64,000 nt of DNA from contig JAXMNT010000001.1 in the NCBI GenBank assembly GCA_034670305.1, positions 160,001-224,000 of the forward strand. The letters are read 5' to 3'. Below the pieces are notes generated by a model, which did not search any database, was not told the DNA's origin, and worked only from the letters and a program-made list of their open reading frames with translations. This document shows positions 1 through 10,288 of this stretch, piece by piece. Origin of the DNA: Deltaproteobacteria bacterium. GTDB lineage: Bacteria; Myxococcota_A; Polyangia; Polyangiales; Houyiibacteriaceae. Made by a program: the position numbers and the translations under genes. How positions within the stretch are numbered: the stretch's first letter is position 1; each line of letters begins with the position of its first letter.

Positions 1-66
1 GACGTCGGGCTCATCATCGGCGTCGTCTCGGTCTTGCGTGCGCTCAAGGGGATCACCCGCCGCTGA
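1..66 (+). CDS. 3' end of a gene truncated by the window edge
   Basis: Frame 1 reads DVGLIIGVVSVLRALKGITRR then TGA at 64-66, with GC3-rich codons. Confidence 0.5.
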   Translation, partial: DVGLIIGVVSVLRALKGITRR

Positions 67-125
67 GCGGGCTGGGTCCTTCGGAGCGTTTCGCGGGCCA
101 TCGACGAGCGGCCCGTTGACCCGCC

Positions 126-1610
126 TCAGCCCTCGATGAGGATGGTGCCCGCAGTCGGGGCCGGCGAGGTCTGTGGTGTGCCGGTGACCGTGCCAGAGGA
201 CGTATGCCAGCGGATGCGACCGGCGGCCCCGCCGCCACCGCCGCCATGATCGCCCTGGCCGCCGTTCTCACCCGCCAAGTCGTCGAACGCGCCGCCGCTG
301 CCTCCCCGCGCGTCGCCGGATCCGCCGGCCGCCCGCCGCACGTCCCGCACCGCGTGTTCGCCGGGTCCGGAGCTGCCGAAGTTCTCGTGACCGCCGCCGC
401 CGCCGCCGCCGTTCGCGACCACCCAGCCCATCACGCTGACACTCGGCGATTCGAGCAGCACCGAACCGCCTGCGCCGCCCCCGCCCCCGCTGTCGTCGTC
501 CCCGTCGCCGCCTGCGCCGCCGACATCGATCACCCCGGTCGGCCCGACGGTGATGAACCCGCTCGTGGTGATCTGGAGACCGCCGCCACCGCCGCCGCCG
601 TGTCCGCCTCCATCGGCGGGCGCGCCGGATCCGCCGCCGCCGCCGCCGACCAGTGGCACCGCGAGCGCGTCGTCGATCGCAGCGCCGCCCGTGCCGCCGC
701 TGCCGCGCCCGCCGCAGCAGTCGCGTTCGTCGCCGCCGTTGCCTCCAGCCGCGCCATGTCCACCGCCGCCGCCGCCGCCGCCAAGTCCGTCGAACGCGCC
801 GCCGAGGTGTCCTCGCTCGCCCGCGCCCAAACCGAACCCGTCGCTTCGGTCCACGCCGCCAAGGCCGCCACCTGGACCGGGCGAACGTCCCGAAGCGCTC
901 AGATCGATCGTGCCGTTGATGATCGCCTGGGTCGCGAGCAAGACGACTGCGGCTCCCCCGACCGCGACCAGCCGCCCGCCGTCTTCCACCAAGATCTGAT
1001 CGAACGCGAAGATCGCCAGTTTGGGCGCGTCGCCTTGTTCTTCGGAGCCGAAGTGCATGCCGTCGATCAACCCATCGCCCGGCGCTCGAATCACGGTGCC
1101 GGTGCCCGTCTCCCGGATCCCGCCGTCGCTGCTGTTGAGCTCCACCGATTCGCCGGCCCTCACGGTCAAGGAGGCCGTGCCGCGAAAGAGCGCGGCGTCG
1201 TCGTCGACATTGCTCACGTCGAGTCGGCGGCACGTCTCTCCGGTCGTGGCGCAGCCGAGCGGGCACTCGGCCACCACCACGAGCCCGCCTTCCGTGCACT
1301 CCAGGATCGTAGGCTCCGCGCAGTAGCGGTCACCGATGCGGCAGCCTCCATCCCTCGGCGGGGCGTCCACGCCGGTGTCGAGCGCGTCGACCGCGCTGTC
1401 GACCGGTGGCGCATCCATCGGGGGCGCGTCCATCGGGGGCGCGTCCATGCCGGGCGCGTCGAGTCCGGGCGCGTCGAGGTGCGCGTCGAGGTGCGCATCG
1501 AGCCCGTTCGCATCGAGCCCGCCTGCATCGGCGCCGAGGTTCAGACCGGTGCGGTCGACGGCGCACGCCGCGACCAAGGCCACGACGCAGATCAGCGTGC
1601 TGTGTTTCAC
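126..1610 (-). CDS. Glycine-rich secreted lipoprotein (PE_PGRS-like Gly repeats)
   Basis: GTG start overlaps the rnc stop (GTGA). Lipobox VALVAAC, DAPP/DAG linker, Cys-rich segment, many GGGGG runs. Confidence 0.8.
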   Translation of the reverse strand: MKHSTLICVVALVAACAVDRTGLNLGADAGGLDANGLDAHLDAHLDAPGLDAPGMDAPPMDAPPMDAPPVDSAVDALDTGVDAPPRDGGCRIGDRYCAEPTILECTEGGLVVVAECPLGCATTGETCRRLDVSNVDDDAALFRGTASLTVRAGESVELNSSDGGIRETGTGTVIRAPGDGLIDGMHFGSEEQGDAPKLAIFAFDQILVEDGGRLVAVGGAAVVLLATQAIINGTIDLSASGRSPGPGGGLGGVDRSDGFGLGAGERGHLGGAFDGLGGGGGGGGHGAAGGNGGDERDCCGGRGSGGTGGAAIDDALAVPLVGGGGGGSGAPADGGGHGGGGGGGLQITTSGFITVGPTGVIDVGGAGGDGDDDSGGGGGAGGSVLLESPSVSVMGWVVANGGGGGGGHENFGSSGPGEHAVRDVRRAAGGSGDARGGSGGAFDDLAGENGGQGDHGGGGGGAAGRIRWHTSSGTVTGTPQTSPAPTAGTILIEG

Positions 1611-2311
1611 GCGCCGACCTCCAGCTTCACGAGCGCGGACTCTGCGGCGATCTGCTCCGCTTCGGCTTTCGACCGGCCGGTGCCTTCGGCCACCACCTCG
1701 CCATCCAGTTCGATCGCCACCGTGAAGCGGCGGTCGTGGTCCGGTCCTTCTTCCACGAGCACCCGATAGCTGGGGGTGCCGCGGCCTCGGGCTTGGGTGA
1801 ACTCTTGGACCTGCGACTTGTGATCGCGGGCACCGGTGGCTGCTTCCAAGAGCGCTTCGAACTGACGCCGCACGGCACCCCAGGCCGCTTCGTGTCCGCC
1901 GTCTCGGTACACCGCCCCGACACAGGCCTCGAGCGCGGACGCGAGCAGCCGCGGTTTGTCGCGTCCGCCGGTCTTCTCTTCGCCCTTGCCAAGACGCAGC
2001 GCTTCGCCGAGCGCGAGCCGGCGGGCGACCTCCGCCAACTGCTTCTCGCAGACCAACTCCGCCCGGCGCCGGGTGAGTTGGCCCTCGCGCAGATCGGGGT
2101 ACCGCTCGAACAGCATCTCGGCCACGCAGACCCCGAGCACCGCGTCGCCGAGGAACTCCAGCCGCTCGTTGTCCCGTTTCACGAACTTCGAGTGTTCGTG
2201 TCGGTACGAGCGGTGGGTGAGCGCTGTCGCGAGCCATCCGAGGTCGTCGAACGAATGGCCCAAAGCTTCGGCGATGCCGAGAAGGGTCTGTTCTTCATCC
2301 GCGCGCCCCAC
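1607..2311 (-). CDS. rnc: Ribonuclease III
   Basis: ALTHRSY, signature NERLEFLGDAVLG, C-terminal dsRBD (DHKSQVQE...GPDHDRRF...GRSKAEAEQIAA); start approximate. Confidence 0.95.
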   Translation of the reverse strand: MGRADEEQTLLGIAEALGHSFDDLGWLATALTHRSYRHEHSKFVKRDNERLEFLGDAVLGVCVAEMLFERYPDLREGQLTRRRAELVCEKQLAEVARRLALGEALRLGKGEEKTGGRDKPRLLASALEACVGAVYRDGGHEAAWGAVRRQFEALLEAATGARDHKSQVQEFTQARGRGTPSYRVLVEEGPDHDRRFTVAIELDGEVVAEGTGRSKAEAEQIAAESALVKLEVGA

Positions 2312-2384
2312 CCTGATTCTGTACCCTTCTCGGGACTCCGGAGCAATGACACCTGGTGCCATTTGCGGAAATCCGCCCGGTCTT

Positions 2385-2410
2385 GGAACCTTTGGGTGTG
2401 TTCGCACGTC
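2385..2410 (+). promoter_or_regulatory. Putative ECF-sigma promoter GGAAC-N17-CGTC
   Basis: ggaac ctttgggtgtgttcgca cgtc, 11 nt upstream of the ATG at 2422. Confidence 0.4.
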
Positions 2411-2421
2411 ACACCCTTTCC

Positions 2422-3258
2422 ATGCACCCAAGGCCCGACTCCGTCCGCTCCCCCATCGTTCGCCGCCCCGTCGCAGGCCGGCTCATCCTGGTTTCGGGAG
2501 GATTGGCGGCGGTCACCGCCATCGGCTTCGGGTTCTGGTTGCCGGCGAATGTCGAGGCGAGCCCCAACAAAGAGCGCATGGCCCAGCAAGAAGACCACCC
2601 GCAGGCGCCGCCGCCAACCCAGCCGTTTCTGCAGCCGCCCAGGGATCTGCAACCGGGCGGGGCCGGCGGAGAGCGGGTGCTCTCGGTGCTCGACGGCGTG
2701 CGGGAGAACCTGCGCGAGACCCGGTACCAACATCGAACCGTCGTGAACGAACGCCGAGGTCGTTACCTCTGGGACTGCAGCGGCATGGCGGATTGGGTGC
2801 TGGAGAAGGCGCGTCTGCGCCGGGCACGCCGGGCGCTCAACCGGAGCCGGCCGGTCGCCCGAAGTTTCTTCCGCACGATCGATCGCGCACCCACCGAACG
2901 GGCCCGCCGCGGTTGGCAAAAGATGGATCACATCGAGAACGTTCGACCCGGCGACGTCTTCGCATGGCTCCGCCCACCCGACTGGCCGAACCGCAACACC
3001 GGCCATGTGGGGTTCGTGCTGGCGGCGCCGCGCCGGGTGAACCGCTGGCCGGGCATGTACATCGTGCGCATCGCGGACGCGACCTCGGTGCCGCATCAGG
3101 ACGACACCCGAACCTGGCCCGGGGACGGCGGATACGGCGAAGGCACGATCCTCTGGACGAGCGACGGACTCGGACAGGCGCTCGCCTACGGCTGGCACGG
3201 CGTGCGCAGCCGCGGCGTCGTCGAGACCCGCGCCGTCTTCGGCCGCCTCAGCCGCTGA
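2422..3258 (+). CDS. Membrane-anchored NlpC/P60/CHAP-like Cys-His hydrolase
   Basis: N-terminal TM segment, WDCSG motif and NTGHVGFV motif. Confidence 0.65.
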   Translation: MHPRPDSVRSPIVRRPVAGRLILVSGGLAAVTAIGFGFWLPANVEASPNKERMAQQEDHPQAPPPTQPFLQPPRDLQPGGAGGERVLSVLDGVRENLRETRYQHRTVVNERRGRYLWDCSGMADWVLEKARLRRARRALNRSRPVARSFFRTIDRAPTERARRGWQKMDHIENVRPGDVFAWLRPPDWPNRNTGHVGFVLAAPRRVNRWPGMYIVRIADATSVPHQDDTRTWPGDGGYGEGTILWTSDGLGQALAYGWHGVRSRGVVETRAVFGRLSR

Positions 3259-4615
3259 GTGTCTTGGACGCGAGCGGGCCTTCGAGCACGACTTCGAGTC
3301 CACCCTCCGCCGGGTGTTCGAAACGCATCGTCCAGCCGTGCCGTTCCGCGACTTCCCTGGCGATCGCGAGGCCGAGTCCGCTGCCGGCCGGTTGTCGGGT
3401 GCGGGCTCGTTCGCCGCGGAAGCGTCGCTGGGTGAGCCGGGCCCGTTCCGCTTCCGGCACACCGGGGCCGTCGTCGAGCACGCGCAGGCGAAGGCGGTCT
3501 TCTTCGAGCTCCAGAATCAGCGCCACGTGCCCACCGGCTTCGCCGTAGCGCACGGCGTTGTGGACCAGGTTGCCGATCGCGCGCTCGAGCAGCGTCACGT
3601 CGCCGGTGATCGGCACCGGACCATCCGGGATCGCGAACTCCAGTTCCACCTTTCGTTCCCGGGCGACCGGCCGGTGCCTTGCGACCACGCGCGGCACCAG
3701 CTCTGCCAGGTCCAGGGGATCCTGGCGCAGGGGTACGTCGCGGGAGTCGAGCTGCGCGGCGGCGGCCAGGTTGCGCAACAGCGAGGCCAAGTGGTGCGAT
3801 TCCTCGAGCGACGCCTTGAGTCGCGCATCGTCCGGCCGCTCCTGCAGCAAGGTGGAGATGTGCCCCTGCAGGACCGTCAACGGAATCATCACGTCGTGGG
3901 TGGTGTTGGCGACGAACCCGGCCAGCGCTTCGTCCCGCTTTTGCACTTCTTCGAGTGCTTGTTGCTGGCGTTCGCGGCTCGCCAGAAACGCGCGGGCGAG
4001 CCCGCCGAGTTCGTCGTCCGCATCGATCTCCGGCAGCGGCGCGTCCCCGCGTTCATCGACTGCAGCGGTGAGCCGGACCACGCGTCGAACGAGTGGCCCC
4101 GCGGCCAGCAGCGCGATCATCATCACGGCGAGCGTCAATGTGAGCGCGGGCACGACGGTCAGCCAGAGGGGCGGAGACGGGGTCGGCCGGCGCACGGCCA
4201 CGATGGCGCACGGCCCGCTGTCGGCTGCGCGAACGGCGACGAGGTGGTGTCCGTTGGGAAGTTCGAACGAGGCCCGGTCGGCGCCCGCCGACAGCACCGC
4301 CACGACCTCGGGAGGGAGTGTGCGGCTGCGTGGATCGGTGGGTTCGAACGTTGCGTTGTAGCTGTTCAGCCGGCCGAGTCCGCGCCGCCCTCGACCGCGC
4401 CCATGGCGTCCGGCGTGGGCTTCGCACTGTTCGAGGCCGCCGTCCTGCATCCGGTCCTGGAGCGCGTCCGCGGTGGCTTCGATCGCTTGCCACTGGATGA
4501 GCGCGCGGGTCGAGATGCCGGTTGCGATGCCGAGCGGAACGACGGTCAACAGAAGCGTTGCCGCGAGACGGACCCGCAGGCTGCGCCCGGTGCGGGCTCT
4601 GGTCTTGTCGCTCAC
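3248..4615 (-). CDS. HAMP-domain sensor histidine kinase
   Basis: Two TM segments, H-box ANTTHDVMIPL, N-box NLVHNAVRY, DDGPG, GSGLGLAI; GTG start overlaps the upstream regulator stop. Confidence 0.9.
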   Translation of the reverse strand: MSDKTRARTGRSLRVRLAATLLLTVVPLGIATGISTRALIQWQAIEATADALQDRMQDGGLEQCEAHAGRHGRGRGRRGLGRLNSYNATFEPTDPRSRTLPPEVVAVLSAGADRASFELPNGHHLVAVRAADSGPCAIVAVRRPTPSPPLWLTVVPALTLTLAVMMIALLAAGPLVRRVVRLTAAVDERGDAPLPEIDADDELGGLARAFLASRERQQQALEEVQKRDEALAGFVANTTHDVMIPLTVLQGHISTLLQERPDDARLKASLEESHHLASLLRNLAAAAQLDSRDVPLRQDPLDLAELVPRVVARHRPVARERKVELEFAIPDGPVPITGDVTLLERAIGNLVHNAVRYGEAGGHVALILELEEDRLRLRVLDDGPGVPEAERARLTQRRFRGERARTRQPAGSGLGLAIAREVAERHGWTMRFEHPAEGGLEVVLEGPLASKTLSG

Positions 4616-5283
4616 GGCACCTCGGAGACCAGCTTGTAGCCGATGCCCCAGACGGTGGTGATCTGGGCACCGGCCGATCCGAGCTTCTTGCGAAGCCGGG
4701 AGATGTGCACGTCGAGGGTCCGTTCGGTGCCGCGTTCGGGATCGAGGGCTTCGTTCACCAGCGCCGCCCGGGTGACAGCGCTGCCCGCGCGTCGGGCGAG
4801 CGCTTCGAGCACATCGAGTTCGGCTTTGGTCAGTTCGATGATGGTGCCATCCACCCGGACTTCTCGTTTGCCTGCGTCGATCACGATCGCCCCGACGACC
4901 CGCGTGGTGCCGTCGCCGCGCACCAGATCCGGACGCCGCAGCCGTGCCCGCACCCGCGCCAGCAACTCCTCCGGCCAGAAGGGTTTGGTGACGTAGTCGT
5001 CCGCACCGAGCTTCAGTGCACGCACTTTGTCGCTCGCGTCCTGGCGCGCACTCAGCACGAGCACGGGCACGTCGCTGGTCTTGCGCCAGAGCGCGAGCAG
5101 GTCGAGTCCGTAGACGCCGGGCAACATCAAATCGAGGATCACCAAGCCGAAACGGTCCACTTCTGCCCGTTTGGCAACTTCCCCGTCGCGCAGCCACTCC
5201 ACGTCGAAGCCGGCGCCGCGCAGGCTCTCTGCGACCTGGGCGCCAAGCGCGTCGTCGTCTTCGATGAGCAGGATCCGATCCAT
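4612..5283 (-). CDS. OmpR/PhoB-family response regulator
   Basis: ILLIEDD, ILDLMLPG, GADDYVTKPF, winged helix RTLDVHISRLRKKL, TVWGIGY. Confidence 0.95.
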   Translation of the reverse strand: MDRILLIEDDDALGAQVAESLRGAGFDVEWLRDGEVAKRAEVDRFGLVILDLMLPGVYGLDLLALWRKTSDVPVLVLSARQDASDKVRALKLGADDYVTKPFWPEELLARVRARLRRPDLVRGDGTTRVVGAIVIDAGKREVRVDGTIIELTKAELDVLEALARRAGSAVTRAALVNEALDPERGTERTLDVHISRLRKKLGSAGAQITTVWGIGYKLVSEVP

Positions 5284-5376
5284 GTCCCAAGATAGAACGC
5301 GGAAGTCTGAAGCTGGTCTAAAGAGATCGGTAAATCACCTGTCGCGCCCCGCCAACGCAGATAAGATGCATGGTTC

Positions 5377-7476
5377 ATGGCGGAGACGGACAACCCTGGG
5401 GCCACGGCTCCGAAGTCAGACGCGCCAAAGCCAACGGACTCGCCCACTGCACCCAGCGTGACGACGGGTGTGCGCAGGCCCGGGCAGGCGCCTGCGGTGA
5501 GACGACCGGGCGCTTTCGCGGAGCCTGTGCGTCGGCCCGGGCAGTTCGCGCCCCCGGCCGCCGAGCCCGAAGCGCCGTCGGACGATCTCTACCCCGTGGT
5601 CCCGATCAGTGGCGCGGAGCTTCGCGAGCGGGCCACCGACCTGCCGGCGCTCGGCAGCTTCGGTCCCTACGACATCCTCGGCCGCATCGCCCTCGGTGGC
5701 ATGGCGGAGATCCTCTTGGCCCGGCGCTCGGATGACCCGCGGCCGATCGTCGTGAAGAAGATCCTCGCGCAGTACGCGCGCGATGATGAGTTCAGCGAGA
5801 TGTTCCTGGACGAAGCCCGCATCTGCAGTGTGCTCGACCACAAGAACATCTGCCGCTTCCTCGACAGCGGGGAGATCGACGGTCAGCTCTTCATCTCGAT
5901 GGAATGGGTCCACGGCCCGACGCTCGGCCGCATGATTCGGCGCGCCCGCAAGTCCGGTGGACTGACGATGCCGATGGTGGCCGCGCTCGTCGCGCGGGTG
6001 GCCGACGCGTTGCACTACGCACACACCGCCCGGGACGCGCAGGGCACGGTCATGGGGCTCGTGCACCGGGACGTCTCTCCACACAACATCATGGTCGCGT
6101 ACGACGGCCAAGTGAAGTTGCTCGACTTCGGTATCGCCAAAGCGGAAGTGCAATCGCACCGGACCCAGGCGGGTGTCGTGAAGGGCAAGTTCGCCTACAT
6201 GGCACCCGAGCAGTGTCGTGGCCGCGACGTCGATTTCCGGATCGACATCTTTGCGCTCGGCGTCGTGTTCTACGAAGCGCTCACGGGCAAGAGTCTGTAC
6301 CGCCGGCAGAGCGAGATGGAGACGATGCGCGCGATCGTCACCGGCCCGGTGCCTTCGTTGTTCGAGAAACTCGAGTCGGCGCCGCGCGAACTCGAAGCGA
6401 TCGTGAAGACCGCGCTGGCGAAGGATCCCGCCGACCGGTTCCCGACCGCGGCTTCGATGCGCGATGTGCTTCGCAGCTACGTCAAACGCAGCGGTGAGAA
6501 TACCGACGACGATCACATCGCGTCGGTGGTCCAGCACCTGTTCGCCGACGAGCTGCAGCGCGGCCCGAGCGTGGACTCCACGCCGTTCGGGAGTTCGTTC
6601 AACATCTCGTCCGAATCGGGTGCGCGGCCCACCGCGGTGCCGCCCGCGCAGCGCGCCGCCGCGAAGCGTGTCGACCTCGAGACCGGTGCGCCCGAACTCG
6701 AATCGCTCGGAGCGTCCCTGCCGGTCCCGGATGAGGACGTCCCCACGGCGATCGGTGCACCCCTGGCCGACGATGCATCGGCGGCCCTCGGAGATTCGCT
6801 CGCGGAGTCCCTTGCCTCGCTCGAGGCGGACGACGCGGCGGACGAAGCCGGGATCGACGTCTTGGTGGGCGCGCCCGACGAGGCGACCGCGGCGGTGTCC
6901 CCAGACCGGCTGCTCGAGAGTCTCGCGAAGAGCCGCGCCGACGAGCCGACCGCCGGCGGACCGACCAGCACGCCCAGCGAACCCGGGCCGACCAAGCGGC
7001 CACCCGCGCCCGCACCGAGTCCGGCACCTGCGCCGCGTCCAGCGCCCGCCCCGGCGGCGGCGGGTCCGCTGCTGCCGCTTCCCCCGACCGCCGCCGTGGC
7101 GTCCGTGCCGAACCTCGAGGATGTGCCCGTCGCCGCCAAGCGGTCCACGATGTCCACGATCGCGATGGGCATGGCCGTGCTCGTCGCGGTGCTGGCCGGG
7201 GTGGCCCTCGGCATGTGGGCGCTCCAGAACGACCAGACACCGGTCGCGGTGGAAGACGCGCGGGCGAGCGTCGTGGTCCGGAGCACGCCGCCTGGCGCGT
7301 CCGTGGTGGTGGGCGAACGCCCCGCGCAACCGTCGCCCGCGGTGTTCGATCGACTCATGCCAGGCACCCACGACGTCCGGGTCGAACTCACGGGACATCA
7401 GGTGTGGCGCGGCCGCGTCATGATCGAAGCCGGCCAGAGTGGGGTCGTCGACGTGAACTTGGTGCCGAACCCCTAA
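5377..7476 (+). CDS. Membrane Ser/Thr protein kinase with C-terminal PEGA domain
   Basis: GGMAEI, HRDVSPHN, DFGIAK, GKFAYMAPEQ, TM segment, VRSTPPGASV PEGA motif. Confidence 0.93.
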   Translation: MAETDNPGATAPKSDAPKPTDSPTAPSVTTGVRRPGQAPAVRRPGAFAEPVRRPGQFAPPAAEPEAPSDDLYPVVPISGAELRERATDLPALGSFGPYDILGRIALGGMAEILLARRSDDPRPIVVKKILAQYARDDEFSEMFLDEARICSVLDHKNICRFLDSGEIDGQLFISMEWVHGPTLGRMIRRARKSGGLTMPMVAALVARVADALHYAHTARDAQGTVMGLVHRDVSPHNIMVAYDGQVKLLDFGIAKAEVQSHRTQAGVVKGKFAYMAPEQCRGRDVDFRIDIFALGVVFYEALTGKSLYRRQSEMETMRAIVTGPVPSLFEKLESAPRELEAIVKTALAKDPADRFPTAASMRDVLRSYVKRSGENTDDDHIASVVQHLFADELQRGPSVDSTPFGSSFNISSESGARPTAVPPAQRAAAKRVDLETGAPELESLGASLPVPDEDVPTAIGAPLADDASAALGDSLAESLASLEADDAADEAGIDVLVGAPDEATAAVSPDRLLESLAKSRADEPTAGGPTSTPSEPGPTKRPPAPAPSPAPAPRPAPAPAAAGPLLPLPPTAAVASVPNLEDVPVAAKRSTMSTIAMGMAVLVAVLAGVALGMWALQNDQTPVAVEDARASVVVRSTPPGASVVVGERPAQPSPAVFDRLMPGTHDVRVELTGHQVWRGRVMIEAGQSGVVDVNLVPNP

Positions 7477-8840
7477 CGCCTGACGAGTTTGGCGAGCAGC
7501 TCGACGTGGGCCGTTTGGGGCAGCGTGTCCCAAGCCCGGAGCGACACCAGTTCGTATTCGGAGCCGAGCCGTTCGAGATCGCGGGCCAGTCCCGCAGGAC
7601 CACAGCTCATGATGTGGATGCGCGGCGGCTTTCTGGCGAGGAGCGCGTCGCACACCTGTTGGCCGAGGCCCTTGCGTGGCGGGTTGGCGACCACGACCTC
7701 AGGGGTGGATGCTTCGGCGCGAAGAAACGCTTCGACGCGCGTCGGTTCGACGCCGAGTGCGGCCGCGCTCTCGGGGTGGGCCTCCACCGGGGTGACGTCC
7801 GAGAAGAGCGCCCGCGCCGCCCGCGTGATCACGCCGGCGCCTGCGTAGAGGTCCCACAGGTGGGCGCCACCGAGGGCGGCCCCGTGTTCGTCTTGCAGCA
7901 GGGCATCGTAGAGCGCGTTGGCGACCACGGGGTTGGGCTGCAGAAACGCGAGCGCCCCTTGGTCAGAGCCGCCCACGTCCTCGAACGAGCCGCGGCCACG
8001 GAGGAGGGTCGCGGACGCGCCCCGAAGTGCGTTGCCGCCGGAAGCCGCCCAGGAGACGCCCACAGGGACGGTCAGTGCGTCCGCCACCTGTTGTGCGAGT
8101 TCGAGCGGGTCGACCTGCGCCGCGCCCCCGACCGAACCCGAGTCTTCGTCCTGCGTCGCATCCGCCGATTCGTCTGCCTCGGTACCGGATGCATCGAGGG
8201 TTTGTGCGGCGAGGATCAAAGTGACCAAGACATCGTCGCCGTTGGTCTTGAACCACACGCCCCGGAGCACGCCGCGGCCGGCGGACTCTTGCCATGCCGG
8301 GATGCCGACCTCCCGCGCAACCAGTTCGAGTTCGTCCGCGGCGGCTTGGATCCGCGGGTGGTCGACCAGACATCCCTGCATCCAGGCCGGACGGTGACTG
8401 CCGCGCACGAAGCTGCCGAGCCGCAGGCGTCCCGGGCCACCAAATGCGATCCGCTTGGCGGCGAATCGGTAGCCGAGCGCGGGGCCGGTGTGTTCGATCG
8501 TGTCGACCTTCAAGCCGAGGCTCGCCAGCATGGCGCGCTTCTGAACGCGCTGGGCGTCCTCGCCGAGCTGCATGAGCGGACAGCCAGAACACTTTCCTTC
8601 TGTGCTCGAATCGTGCCGTGCGCACGCCGCCTCGCGCCGCGCCGCATCTGGCTCCGTCACGGTGCGCACGATCGCATGGGCCACCGGCCCGCCGCGCGAC
8701 ACGTGCACGACTTCGACCTCGACGCGTTCGCCGCCGAACCCGCCTGCGACCCGCAGCTCTCGGCCCTCGACCTGTGCGACCCCGCGGCCTTCCAGATCGA
8801 TGTGGGTGAGGCCGACGACGAAACGGTCCGAGACTCTCAC
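7473..8840 (-). CDS. RlmD/TrmA-family RNA (uracil-5)-methyltransferase
   Basis: TRAM-like N-terminus, C..CSGC cluster motif, FLQPN, DLYAGAG, NPPRKG, MSCGP, PQTAHVE. Confidence 0.85.
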   Translation of the reverse strand: MRVSDRFVVGLTHIDLEGRGVAQVEGRELRVAGGFGGERVEVEVVHVSRGGPVAHAIVRTVTEPDAARREAACARHDSSTEGKCSGCPLMQLGEDAQRVQKRAMLASLGLKVDTIEHTGPALGYRFAAKRIAFGGPGRLRLGSFVRGSHRPAWMQGCLVDHPRIQAAADELELVAREVGIPAWQESAGRGVLRGVWFKTNGDDVLVTLILAAQTLDASGTEADESADATQDEDSGSVGGAAQVDPLELAQQVADALTVPVGVSWAASGGNALRGASATLLRGRGSFEDVGGSDQGALAFLQPNPVVANALYDALLQDEHGAALGGAHLWDLYAGAGVITRAARALFSDVTPVEAHPESAAALGVEPTRVEAFLRAEASTPEVVVANPPRKGLGQQVCDALLARKPPRIHIMSCGPAGLARDLERLGSEYELVSLRAWDTLPQTAHVELLAKLVRR

Positions 8841-10180
8841 GCGCTGGGCTCCGCCGGTTGCCCGTCGTCCGACGCGCCGGCCCCTTCGGATGCGCCGGGA
8901 GCCTCCGGTGTCTCCGTCGAGTCGGACGCCGCCTCGGATGGGTCGGGACCAGGCGTCCCGTCGTCGCCGAGCTCGAGTCCCGGCAGTTCGAACACCGCCT
9001 GTCCGGTCTCGAAATCGAGATGGAACTTGAAGTCGTAGCGCTGTCCGTCGCGCAGGTCTTCGAGTTCGAACCCTTCCAGGAGCGCGTGCGAATGCGCCAC
9101 GCGCGGCGGCAGCGAGGGCAAGAGTTCGTCGAGCGCAGGACCCGCCTGGAAGATGCCCACCCCGACTCCGGGCGGCCGCAGGTGTGCCTGTCGGATGTAG
9201 CCGAGCACCGACTCCACCGCGCCGACCGAACGCACGATGCGCCAGTCCGGAGACACCGTGAGTGGCGGGGTCACTTCTTCCGCCGCCGGGCCGAGCCAGC
9301 GTTTGCGGTCCTTGGTCACCCGCCAGATCCCGTAGACGCATCCGCCCGCGATGAGCCAGCCCACCGGAAGGCTCCAGAGCGGCAGGTGCTCGGCCGCGGT
9401 GATGTTGGCTTCGGGACCCGCGAGCTTCGACGCGAGCAGTGCGGTCGAGTTGTTGGCCACGTGCGCGACGATCGGCACGAGGGTGGTGCCGGTGCGGGCG
9501 CCGAGCCACGCGAGGTAGAACCCGAGCGGCAGCACGCCCGCGACGTGGTGCGGGTCCATGTGAAAACACGAGAAGCTGACCGCGCTGAGGATGATCGCGA
9601 AACGTCCGAACCCGGCCGCGCGTTGCACGAGCCCCCGGAAGAACACTTCTTCGGAGATGCCCGGGGCGAGCGCGATGATCGGCCAGAGCATCCACGCGGG
9701 GTGGGCGGTGACGAACGCTTCGATCGAGCCGAGCGCGTTCATCGTCCAGTTCGGAAAGTACTCCTGCATCCACATCACGAGCCGGTCCGAGGTCGGCCCG
9801 AGTGCGAGGATCCCAATCGGCGCCAGCACGAACGTCAGCGGCGGTGCACCGCGGAAGCCGAGTGCTTCTTTGATCGAGACCTTGGAGAGCTTCGCCGTGA
9901 GCATCGGCACGACCACCAGGAAGAACCCGGTCGCGACGACGCTGGACGCGACGATCGGGTAGTTCGACATCACCCGCTCCATGAACGCGGGGTCCTGGAG
10001 CGCCTCGGGGGTCAGCGCCGAGGCCGGCAGCACCAGGAACGCCACGCCGATCGAGACCACGCCGCTCCCGACGATGGCGAGGAGGCCGCCGATGACCGCG
10101 CCAGCGAATGCCGGAATCGGCCGGATGCGGAAGCGGGGGGGCGCGGAGGAGGCAGGGACCAGCAGAGGGGTGCGCGGCAC
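8837..10180 (-). CDS. CPBP (Abi/CAAX) intramembrane metalloprotease with a soluble C-terminal extension
   Basis: Multiple TM helices, EEVFFRG, FSCFH, AHVANN motifs. Confidence 0.88.
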   Translation of the reverse strand: MPRTPLLVPASSAPPRFRIRPIPAFAGAVIGGLLAIVGSGVVSIGVAFLVLPASALTPEALQDPAFMERVMSNYPIVASSVVATGFFLVVVPMLTAKLSKVSIKEALGFRGAPPLTFVLAPIGILALGPTSDRLVMWMQEYFPNWTMNALGSIEAFVTAHPAWMLWPIIALAPGISEEVFFRGLVQRAAGFGRFAIILSAVSFSCFHMDPHHVAGVLPLGFYLAWLGARTGTTLVPIVAHVANNSTALLASKLAGPEANITAAEHLPLWSLPVGWLIAGGCVYGIWRVTKDRKRWLGPAAEEVTPPLTVSPDWRIVRSVGAVESVLGYIRQAHLRPPGVGVGIFQAGPALDELLPSLPPRVAHSHALLEGFELEDLRDGQRYDFKFHLDFETGQAVFELPGLELGDDGTPGPDPSEAASDSTETPEAPGASEGAGASDDGQPAEPSA

Positions 10181-10288
10181 CGAGACGCCATATCACGTAT
10201 CTGGCCGCCTTCGACCCGGGTCGCTGGGCGCGTCTCGCTGGCACAGGTCGGCGGTTGACGCGGGGAGGGCCGTGCGCACCCTCCGGCC

